Shown here piece by piece: positions 1 to 6,593 of a DNA stretch of 20,000 nucleotides. The stretch is from IMG/VR virus record IMGVR_UViG_3300044731_000312; one strand, 5' to 3'. The stretch comes from an uncultured virus (IMG/VR IMGVR_UViG_3300044731_000312) (lineage: Duplodnaviria; Heunggongvirae; Uroviricota; Caudoviricetes). Under the pieces are notes generated by a model, which had not been told where the DNA came from, did no database searches, and saw only the letters and a program-made list of their open reading frames with translations. The stretch's first letter is position 1. Every line of letters begins with the position of its first letter. A program made the position numbers and the translations under genes.

Positions 1-180
1 CTTGATAGCCACGTAAGCTATCCCCAGTGCTACGGCACCGATTCCAGCCACTGCAGCCACGAAGGCCAGCGTTGTAGTGTATACGACAGCCTGACGTGCC
101 CAGGGGGGCAGAGGCGAAGGACGTGAGATGATTAGCTCACGTTCAGCATCGAGGGCTTTGCGGAAGTCATCGCGGTTCAT
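1..180 (-). CDS. Hypothetical membrane protein, partial (runs off the window start)
   Basis: Not in the ORF track. The ATG at 180 overlaps the HNH stop (ATGA) and has GGAG upstream. It reads MNRDDFRKALDAERELIISRPPPLPPWARQAVVYTTTLAFVAAVAGIGAVALGIAYVAIK..., which includes a hydrophobic segment. Confidence 0.7.
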   Translation of the reverse strand, partial: MNRDDFRKALDAERELIISRPSPLPPWARQAVVYTTTLAFVAAVAGIGAVALGIAYVAIK

Positions 181-680
181 GGTGTTTTCTCCAATAATTC
201 ATGTGCTGTTTTTTTGTAATACATTTTCCCAAGATCCACCATCGATGGCCTCATCCATGGAGCAACGGTTTTATACTCGTTTATGCAGCTTTCAAAAAAA
301 TCTTTATCTGCCCATGATCTGTTTGAGTTACACCAATAGCATGATGCTATTAAATTCAATGGATCGTTGTTTGCATTGTTACCATCAATATGGTCAACAT
401 TCACGACCATGCTTTGAACTTTATTAGTACCCGAGTATTTAACTTTCCAAAAAAGTGGATAACCGCACCAATGGCAAGGACTGTACACATGATCCTTATA
501 TCTTATTTCATAGCATAACAATCTATGCGCTGGTATTACTCCTTTTTTATTAGCTAAAAAATGATCAGGTAAACCTGAAACATCGTAATACCCATTAATA
601 CTATGCCATATTTTTATATTTTCAGCAATTTGTGGTAAAAAATTGCTGAAATGCTCGTATAAAGTCTCATTAACTTTCAT
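177..680 (-). CDS. HNH endonuclease (homing-endonuclease-like)
   Basis: Motifs AHRLL, CHWC and VDHIDGNNANNDPLNLIASCYWCN. Start moved to the ATG at 680 (MKVNET), which follows ACACGGAG. The gene is clearly more AT-rich than its flanks. Confidence 0.85.
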   Translation of the reverse strand: MKVNETLYEHFSNFLPQIAENIKIWHSINGYYDVSGLPDHFLANKKGVIPAHRLLCYEIRYKDHVYSPCHWCGYPLFWKVKYSGTNKVQSMVVNVDHIDGNNANNDPLNLIASCYWCNSNRSWADKDFFESCINEYKTVAPWMRPSMVDLGKMYYKKTAHELLEKTP

Positions 681-885
681 GCTCACTCCGTGTTGTTGGC
701 ATAAAATAGAAACACCCATCGTCGTATGTGAACGGTGGGGTCGTGATGATGACCCGAGGGTCGAAGTCTGTTTTGCCGTCTTGCTTGGCTCTTACTAAGC
801 TGTCGTAGACAACCCAGCGGGCGCACTTGTCTTTCTGAGCACAGGGGCCGCCTATGCATACGGCGATGTCGAGGGGGAGGTTCAT
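670..885 (-). CDS. Small Cys-rich phage hypothetical protein (possible metal binding)
   Basis: 71 aa with DIAVCIGGPCAQKDKCARW...PPF...GCFYF (four Cys). Overlaps the next gene. Confidence 0.7.
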   Translation of the reverse strand: MNLPLDIAVCIGGPCAQKDKCARWVVYDSLVRAKQDGKTDFDPRVIITTPPFTYDDGCFYFMPTTRSEHES

Positions 886-902
886 AGTTTAACGGTATGT
901 GT

Positions 903-941
903 TAAATAAAATTAAGGGCCGGCCTTCCACAACCGGCCCTT
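903..941 (-). terminator. Putative intrinsic terminator
   Basis: Inverted repeat AAGGGCCGG...CCGGCCCTT (914-941) followed on the minus strand by AATTTTATTT. Confidence 0.55.
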
Positions 942-1015
942 GTTCCAAACTCCACCACAGGCGTTGCTGTGTTGGTATTTACTACCGACACGCAGGGGCA
1001 TACCCTGCTTATTGG

Positions 1016-1519
1016 TTAGTAAAAAATTTTCTCTACTGGTCGTCCATATACGTTAGCGTATGCGAACTGATCGACGGCAGGTCGGTACCTGTTCAGCACG
1101 TAGTCAATCATAGGGCGAACCTTGCCAATGGTCTTGCTAATGTGAATCTCCTGTGCCAGCCTCTTGGCAGCCTCGGTTTCGGCGTACTCAGCACGTTTCT
1201 TGTCAAGGTATTTCTTGATGATCGTGATTTGTCGCTGATCGTAGTTTGGATCCTTCGCTGGCACTACGGCCCCGTTGGATTCTATAAACGTTGCCAGTTC
1301 TTCCTGCAGCTTGTTAAATGCACTTACGAAGGCGATGAAGTTACCACAGGCAACGGTGCGGGTACATCTTACGTTGTTGCGTATTACCTGTATTCTTAAC
1401 TGGATGCAGTTACCTTCCTTGCGTGCTGCAATGTGCTGTACAATAGGGATGTAGGCAAGCATTTTTGGATCGCTATGCTCACAGAGTTGCTTCCACACAT
1501 CAGAAAGGGAGCGTTGCAT
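1016..1519 (-). CDS. Hypothetical protein
   Basis: 167-aa ORF overlapping the end of the putative SSB gene and co-oriented with the operon. No motif recognised. Confidence 0.65.
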   Translation of the reverse strand: MQRSLSDVWKQLCEHSDPKMLAYIPIVQHIAARKEGNCIQLRIQVIRNNVRCTRTVACGNFIAFVSAFNKLQEELATFIESNGAVVPAKDPNYDQRQITIIKKYLDKKRAEYAETEAAKRLAQEIHISKTIGKVRPMIDYVLNRYRPAVDQFAYANVYGRPVEKIFY

Positions 1520-2153
1520 CGTCGTCTCCTAAAGATGGTGGTAACGTTTCGTTGACGGCAACAACACGTTCGTTGCGTTGTAGCTTTGGGCTCACCTTAG
1601 CTTGGAACTCAGAGAGTAGGAACTCCATCTGCTTCGTGTCGTCCCATATCTCCTGACCGCGTACCTTGACTTTTTCCAAGTCCGGCAGTATGATCTTGCC
1701 ATCGACTGGGTTGATGGAACTACAGTAGAGGCGCTCGATTTTCTTCCCACGCTGTGAGACAGTGCAGCCGGTGATGACTCTGCTGGCGTCGTCCTTAGGG
1801 CTGAAGCTATAGGGCTTGACTGTTGTGTCCAGCGTTGCATCCCACTCGGGATTGCAGAGCGCCTGTATAAGTGTTTTGCCATAGTTAGAACTGTACTTGA
1901 GTGTGAGAACGTAGGTATAAGGCGCATCGACGAAGGTGATCCGCCACTGCTTACCGAAGTCGGTATCGGCAACCTCGATGGCCCGCACGAGACCTGTGAA
2001 CTCATCGTGCACTAATTCGTGCACAGTGTTCCCGTCTTTGGTTACACGAGATACAGACTCTGCTGTGGCCTCACGAAGGCGTATACGGCACTTGCCATCG
2101 CTGAGGGTAAAATATGTAGCTCCTGTAGCTACTGATGATGATTGAAAACCCAT
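1500..2153 (-). CDS. Putative single-stranded DNA-binding protein
   Basis: 217 aa, beta-rich, with an acidic C-terminal tail ending DDDATLPF, typical of SSBs. Lies near the exonuclease gene. AAGGA precedes the ATG. Confidence 0.6.
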   Translation of the reverse strand: MGFQSSSVATGATYFTLSDGKCRIRLREATAESVSRVTKDGNTVHELVHDEFTGLVRAIEVADTDFGKQWRITFVDAPYTYVLTLKYSSNYGKTLIQALCNPEWDATLDTTVKPYSFSPKDDASRVITGCTVSQRGKKIERLYCSSINPVDGKIILPDLEKVKVRGQEIWDDTKQMEFLLSEFQAKVSPKLQRNERVVAVNETLPPSLGDDDATLPF

Positions 2154-2164
2154 GGTAGGTGTCC

Positions 2165-2662
2165 TTAAAAGGTTTTTGAAAGTGGGTTAAGAATTTTTGT
2201 TGCTTCATGTATTTGAATCAAGGCCTCACGCGCGATTTCGCAAGTGTAGTTGCGTGGTACGCTACACAATTTTACTTCATTCTTACCTTTGCTGTCTGAA
2301 TAATCCATCGCACGTAAGTAATTATTTGTTTTTGACAGAGTAATATATCTTCTACCGGCAGCGTGTTTTTCTAACTCATTAAAGTATTCGTAACCGCCTG
2401 CCTCATGGTATACCTTCTCCATTATCTTATGGAGCGTTTTATCAATTATATTTTTAACCTTGTGCATTTTGTCCATTTGTACTAAACGCATTGGTTTACG
2501 TTGCACAGGCTGAACTGCCCGCTTCGGCTTGGCCTCTGGCACAGCAGTGAACGCGTCTGTGTTGTTCTGTGCCATCGCGTTTTCAAATGCCTCGATTGCT
2601 TCGAGCTCTTTCCATAGCTGGCTTTTACGTTGTACCAGCGCTGTTAATATGTGGTTGCCCAT
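2165..2662 (-). CDS. Hypothetical protein with N-terminal coiled-coil-like segment
   Basis: Start placed at the ATG at 2662 (MGNHILT) after CGGAG. The longer track ORF runs into the terminator. Confidence 0.7.
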   Translation of the reverse strand: MGNHILTALVQRKSQLWKELEAIEAFENAMAQNNTDAFTAVPEAKPKRAVQPVQRKPMRLVQMDKMHKVKNIIDKTLHKIMEKVYHEAGGYEYFNELEKHAAGRRYITLSKTNNYLRAMDYSDSKGKNEVKLCSVPRNYTCEIAREALIQIHEATKILNPLSKTF

Positions 2663-2687
2663 AAGGGTCTCCGAATTTATGTGGCTG

Positions 2688-2737
2688 AAAAAAAATATAC
2701 GCACCGGTGCCCGTCAACCACAACAGACACCGGCACG
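2688..2737 (-). terminator. Intrinsic terminator or attenuator after the exonuclease gene
   Basis: Minus-strand stem CGTGCCGGTGTCTGTT / GACGGGCACCGGTGCG (16 bp, including 5 G-U pairs) followed by TATATTTTTTTT. Confidence 0.75.
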
Positions 2738-2739
2738 GT

Positions 2740-3597
2740 TTACGAGTGGCCCACGGAGAGAAGCCAGTCGTCGTCAGTCAATGTTTCGTCGTTCTTTGCC
2801 AGCCGTTCGTAGGCAGCCCGTGCGATGTCTTCAGGGCGCACAATCTCGATGGTCGCTTGTCCAGGTAAAGTTCCCGTGTAGATTTTCTTTTCTCTTGGCG
2901 TTCGTAGTGTGCCGTTCATTGATTTGAACAGCAGGCACCGTGCTGCAATCTCGTTTAGACTTACCTCGCCTGTCTGACGTTTCCACGTCCACGTTGGATC
3001 GGTTCGCCAGTCTTTAGGGAGCCAGTTGTATATCTCAGTAACGGCAGGCCAGCCGTGCGCTTCGGCGTGTTCGTTCCATGCGAGCCGGTACATCTCCAGC
3101 TGGACAGCATAGTCGTCGTATACAGACGATCCACTCTTGAAATCAACTATGGCGATTTTGCCATTGCGTAGTCGACATACGAGGTCACATGTGCCAGCGT
3201 ATTCGTGCCGGTCACTGTATAAAAGCATCTCAACAGCATACACTTCATCGACGTCTTTGCGGAAGAACGCATCGAATGACATTAGGGACTTGCTGTGGAA
3301 CTCAGACAATGCTGTCATCTCTATGACTTGCCCTGCCATGTAACGCTCAAACAATATGTGCATCTGTGTCCCGCGTTCAGCGGCTTCGTCACGTAGCTGG
3401 TTGGCGCCTTCCATGCCATGCTTGGCATACCATGCCATCAGCCCTGGCGGCGTTGGTGAGGTGGCCTTGATGATACGCGTGACGGAAGGATACCATTTGA
3501 CGTCAACGTCATTCACCCGCGCATAGAACCTGTCGCCTCCGTCGTCGTAACGGAACAGCGGTGCAGGCCGTTCGTGGTTGTGCAGGTTCCAGATCAT
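2740..3597 (-). CDS. PD-(D/E)XK exonuclease (phage recombination nuclease)
   Basis: Motifs YPSVTRII, RGTQMH, E...YAGTCDL, IVDFKSG and QLEMY. ACACGGAG lies upstream. Confidence 0.88.
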   Translation of the reverse strand: MIWNLHNHERPAPLFRYDDGGDRFYARVNDVDVKWYPSVTRIIKATSPTPPGLMAWYAKHGMEGANQLRDEAAERGTQMHILFERYMAGQVIEMTALSEFHSKSLMSFDAFFRKDVDEVYAVEMLLYSDRHEYAGTCDLVCRLRNGKIAIVDFKSGSSVYDDYAVQLEMYRLAWNEHAEAHGWPAVTEIYNWLPKDWRTDPTWTWKRQTGEVSLNEIAARCLLFKSMNGTLRTPREKKIYTGTLPGQATIEIVRPEDIARAAYERLAKNDETLTDDDWLLSVGHS

Positions 3598-3785
3598 CAG
3601 TTGTTCTCCGTGTAATAGTTAATGTACTCGATTACCAGTTGCCGCAGCAGTGCCGACTTGGTTATGCCTTCGGCCTCTGCAATGCTCTTCAGGTGGTTGT
3701 TATGCTCTTCAGGTATGCGGAATATAACGTTTGGATTGTAACATGGTTTCCGGCCCCGTGGTCGTCCGCGTTTACTTTGTGACAC
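3597..3785 (-). CDS. Ribbon-helix-helix (CopG/Arc-like) DNA-binding protein with AT-hook-like N-terminus
   Basis: KRGRPRGRK followed by VIFRIPEEHNNHLKSIAEAEGITKSALLRQLV. GTG start at 3785 after GAGG. Confidence 0.78.
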   Translation of the reverse strand: MSQSKRGRPRGRKPCYNPNVIFRIPEEHNNHLKSIAEAEGITKSALLRQLVIEYINYYTENN

Positions 3786-3966
3786 GGTACCCCTCGATAT
3801 ATTCATCGTCGATAGCAGAGGCCACTTCCCAGATTTCGTTCATCTCCCTACGGCATTCCTGCAACGTCTTGGCCTTGTCGATGCTGTCAACGATTACCCC
3901 GAGGTCGTCTACCCATTTGCGGAGCACGGAGATAGGTATCTCACGTGTGAGGGGCTTGTCAGTCAT
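3772..3966 (-). CDS. Hypothetical protein
   Basis: 64 aa with GAGG upstream. Overlaps both neighbours. Confidence 0.65.
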   Translation of the reverse strand: MTDKPLTREIPISVLRKWVDDLGVIVDSIDKAKTLQECRREMNEIWEVASAIDDEYIEGYRVTK

Positions 3967-4306
3967 GGAACACCTCGTTCAGTTCTTTGCAGGCTCGTTC
4001 AGCATTATCCTTATGGACAAAAAATTGTGTTGTTTTTAACACATCGCCATTACCATAGACTCTGTGGAGAGTCCACTGCGGCCGAGGTGGACAGTATGCA
4101 TCAGGATCTGTGAACTCAACGACGTGGTATTCAAACTGCGATGCCTTGATGCTATTGACTAAATGTAGACAGTTCTCAAGTTCACAGTGCAGCTTGTAAG
4201 TAACGTTCTCATCGGGGCCGTGGTTGACGTAATAGTCTTCCCAGTATGCCTGTGCTGCTATTGCCAGCAGTTCATAGGCATTCAACAGTTTATCTTGCTT
4301 ATTCAT
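3959..4306 (-). CDS. Hypothetical protein
   Basis: Start placed at the ATG at 4306 (MNKQDKLL), an ATGA overlap with the upstream stop. 115 aa. Confidence 0.7.
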   Translation of the reverse strand: MNKQDKLLNAYELLAIAAQAYWEDYYVNHGPDENVTYKLHCELENCLHLVNSIKASQFEYHVVEFTDPDAYCPPRPQWTLHRVYGNGDVLKTTQFFVHKDNAERACKELNEVFHD

Positions 4307-4518
4307 CGTTGCCCCCACAAGGTTACGGTTTGGTCTGGTTTGATCATCGGGTCTGGCGATATAGTGCCAGCCAGGGCGAACATGCCGATTGTTAGAACTG
4401 TCAGGAACACGCCAACAGTTAGAAGGCGTTGACGATGTGATCCGTCGATGCGAGGTGTGACGCGGAACCATAGGTTCCCATCGTAGCGTCCGGTTTTGAA
4501 CTCAATGCTGAGTCGCAT
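4303..4518 (-). CDS. Small membrane protein
   Basis: ATG at 4518 after ACACGGAG. 71 aa with one hydrophobic helix, LLTVGVFLTVLTIGMFALAGTI. Confidence 0.7.
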   Translation of the reverse strand: MRLSIEFKTGRYDGNLWFRVTPRIDGSHRQRLLTVGVFLTVLTIGMFALAGTISPDPMIKPDQTVTLWGQR

Positions 4519-4549
4519 AAAAACTCCGTGTAATTTGTGTGTTGGTAGG

Positions 4550-5227
4550 TTATCTACCGTGGTTGTTTGTTTGCATTGCAATACTAACGAAATCTTTTCG
4601 ATTTTCCAAAAGCCACTCTCGAGAATTTTTCGCATCCTCTTCGTAATTGGCAATTCCCAATGTCTGCGAACCGACGTGATGGACGTATGACCTGGACACG
4701 AACACCTCATACCCACGCTGGCGGATGTCGAAGCACTGCACATCGTCACTGTAAAAATTGATCGGTGGAAAGTCCACCCACGTCTCACGAGTGTAGACAG
4801 CCAGCAGAGGAGCCACGCTAGGCACTGCGATGATTTGCAGTTCTTGCGGGTTCTGGATTGTCCTCTGTTGTTCCATGCCGTATGTGAAACGTATGTTCTG
4901 TGGGCCCATCCTCACGTAGTCAGCACGTGATGCTATAACTCCCCAGTGCCGTTGTTCTCCCTGGCAGATCTCAATGTCTTCGTTCAGCAGTTGGAAGCTA
5001 TCAGGGCGAAGCACGATGTCGTCGTTGGCGATGGCAAAGGTCCTATGCCCTCCACGGATCATCGTATCTACCAGGGCATTGTAGCTTGTCCCGAAGTTAC
5101 CGAGCGAGTGCTGGCGGAATACCTCCACATCACGTGGTTTGTATTCACGTAGTGAGGCCAGAAACACCCGTTCGTGAGGCGTGTAATGTGCGCGGCTCTT
5201 GTGGCAGTAGCCAAGGGCGGTGATCAT
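4550..5227 (-). CDS. Family 2 glycosyltransferase (GT-A fold), early region
   Basis: FGTSYN, IANDDIVL (acidic metal-binding motif) and FYSDDVQCFDIRQRGYEVFVSRSYVHHVGSQT, resembling WbbL/RfbF-type GT2s. ATGA overlap with the upstream gene. Confidence 0.82.
   Translation of the reverse strand: MITALGYCHKSRAHYTPHERVFLASLREYKPRDVEVFRQHSLGNFGTSYNALVDTMIRGGHRTFAIANDDIVLRPDSFQLLNEDIEICQGEQRHWGVIASRADYVRMGPQNIRFTYGMEQQRTIQNPQELQIIAVPSVAPLLAVYTRETWVDFPPINFYSDDVQCFDIRQRGYEVFVSRSYVHHVGSQTLGIANYEEDAKNSREWLLENRKDFVSIAMQTNNHGR
4571..4609 (-). promoter_or_regulatory. Putative sigma70-type promoter P2 with adjacent palindrome
   Basis: TTGGAA (4609-4604), a 17-nt spacer, then TAGTAT (4586-4581). The palindrome TTGCA-w-TGCAA sits at 4571-4581. 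Confidence 0.5.
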
Positions 5228-5409
5228 GGCGTTTTAGTTTCGTCTAACGAATTAGCTGCAGCCACCGAGATCTCATCGATGATTTCCCATAACTCTACGC
5301 TATATCCAACACCCTCGCATTCAAGGGATTTGGCAAGGTCACACAGCCTGTTGCTGATCTTGAACAGCTCGATGTGGAGGGTTACGAAGCGTTCGGTGGA
5401 GATGCTCAT
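5224..5409 (-). CDS. Hypothetical protein
   Basis: 61 aa with ATGA overlaps at both ends. Confidence 0.7.
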   Translation of the reverse strand: MSISTERFVTLHIELFKISNRLCDLAKSLECEGVGYSVELWEIIDEISVAAANSLDETKTP

Positions 5410-5549
5410 TTTGCACCGCCTTTCGCCTTGGCTTGCGCCTCGGCTTTGGCCTTGGCATCTAGGCAGGCTGCCATCATAGTCTTGCCGTAGCCTTCAACTT
5501 TCTTACCTGATGACGTCAGGATAAAAGCCTTGTAAATAGGTGTCTTCAT
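5406..5549 (-). CDS. Small basic hypothetical protein (47 aa)
   Basis: Not in the track. MKTPIYKAFILTSSGKKVEGYGKTMMAACLDAKAKAEAQAKAKGGAK. ACACGGAG lies upstream and the stop overlaps the next ATG. Confidence 0.72.
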   Translation of the reverse strand: MKTPIYKAFILTSSGKKVEGYGKTMMAACLDAKAKAEAQAKAKGGAK

Positions 5550-5592
5550 TGTGGTCTCCGTGTGGTTGGTGGTTGTGTTTCTTAACAGCCCA

Positions 5593-5787
5593 TCAGTTTG
5601 AATGGGCTGTCTTGCTGTCGTTGATTAGGCGCTGGCGTGTTTTAGCTACAACATAAAGCCATTCGATAACGGCATCCGAGGCTTTGCCTTCCTTGTGTGC
5701 TGCAATGAGTTCCATGACAGCGGCCGCGAATTGTGCATCGTTAAGTGTTGCGTACTTGTAAGCCATATCTACTGTGTAGTCGTTCAT
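5593..5787 (-). CDS. Hypothetical protein, first gene after promoter P1
   Basis: ATG at 5787 (MNDYTVDMAY) after ACACGGAG. 64 aa. Confidence 0.72.
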   Translation of the reverse strand: MNDYTVDMAYKYATLNDAQFAAAVMELIAAHKEGKASDAVIEWLYVVAKTRQRLINDSKTAHSN

Positions 5788-5825
5788 CGTCGTCTCCGTG
5801 TATACTGTGGTTGTTTGTTGTGTGC

Positions 5826-5854
5826 AATCTACGGGATATTTATTTGCAATGCAA
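5826..5854 (-). promoter_or_regulatory. Putative sigma70-type early promoter P1
   Basis: TTGCAT (5854-5849), a 17-nt spacer, then TAGATT (5831-5826), directly after the late terminator. The -35 overlaps the palindrome TTGCA-w-TGCAA (5844-5854). Confidence 0.62.
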
Positions 5855-5856
5855 GC

Positions 5857-5893
5857 AAAAAATAAAAAACCCGAAAAAATTTTTTCGGGCTTT
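5857..5893 (-). terminator. Intrinsic terminator of the late operon
   Basis: Perfect 20-bp palindrome CCCGAAAAAATTTTTTCGGG (5870-5889) followed on the minus strand by TTTTTTATTTTT, just after the last structural-operon stop. Confidence 0.82.
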
Positions 5894-5897
5894 CTAT

Positions 5898-6029
5898 TTA
5901 CTTGATTGTCTTGAGCCGTTCCGTCCACACCTTGTGCTGGTTTAACAACTCAGCACGGCGCACAGGTTCCATCTGATAATTGAGCAGCGCCTCGATTGCA
6001 CGAAGCATTAACATTATGTGTTCTCTCAT
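5898..6029 (-). CDS. Small hypothetical protein (43 aa), last gene of the late operon
   Basis: Not in the track. MREHIMLMLRAIEALLNYQMEPVRRAELLNQHKVWTERLKTIK. ATGA overlap upstream, and it fills the gap to the terminator. Confidence 0.6.
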   Translation of the reverse strand: MREHIMLMLRAIEALLNYQMEPVRRAELLNQHKVWTERLKTIK

Positions 6030-6565
6030 AATGCCGTCAGTGCCTCCGTAAACACGCGTATACGCGCTGCAGCACTTGCGGCATAGGTTACACTTGTCGC
6101 TGAGTTTGAAAGCACCACAGCGTAGAATGTCGAAGACGTCGACACCGTGCCTGTGCGAACGTACTTGTCAGGATTGATGCCAGCAATCCAGACCGTATCA
6201 GATACACGCTTATAGTCGGTGTCTGCAATAGTAAACGCCCCCAGTAGGTTTGTCGTCGATCCGTTGTAGACAGCACCCGATGTAGGCGTCGTCGGCGCTG
6301 TCGAGTTGTACAGCAGCACAATCAGAGGGCATTTCTTGATGTTCGCAGAGCTCGACGCGGTCTCTTCAAACTCGATTTGACGGATGATCGCGTGCTGTTG
6401 TGTCGTCTGGGCAAGACCCGTGAGGGTAATAACAGACGCCATGACCGGATAGTATTGGCTCAATGCCGTCGTTATAACCGTGCCGGTATTTTGCCAGCCG
6501 TGATCTGTAGAGTTAGTAGCTGATAAGACGTTGGCAGCTACTGGCGTATTGGGTAAGCAGGACAT
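6026..6565 (-). CDS. Putative virion structural protein (Ser/Thr-rich)
   Basis: 179 aa, rich in S/T/A with a beta-strand pattern. AAGGA ribosome-binding site. Located at the end of the tail module. Confidence 0.65.
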   Translation of the reverse strand: MSCLPNTPVAANVLSATNSTDHGWQNTGTVITTALSQYYPVMASVITLTGLAQTTQQHAIIRQIEFEETASSSANIKKCPLIVLLYNSTAPTTPTSGAVYNGSTTNLLGAFTIADTDYKRVSDTVWIAGINPDKYVRTGTVSTSSTFYAVVLSNSATSVTYAASAAARIRVFTEALTAL

Positions 6566-6593
6566 GATAATTCCTTGTAATTAGTTTCAGTTA

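Noticed and set aside
914..965. tRNA-like start GCCTGTGGTGGA on the minus strand
   Set aside because: There is no T-loop (GTTCRA), acceptor stem pairing or cloverleaf.
2740..3597. Cas4 or CRISPR-related interpretation of the nuclease
   Set aside because: The four-Cys Fe-S pattern of Cas4 is not evident, and there is no repeat-spacer array or other cas gene in the window.
3959..5928. Longer track starts for ORFs 3959-4471, 4303-4788 and 5593-5928
   Set aside because: The extensions overlap other genes or the terminator and promoter. Internal ATGs have better ribosome-binding sites or ATGA coupling.
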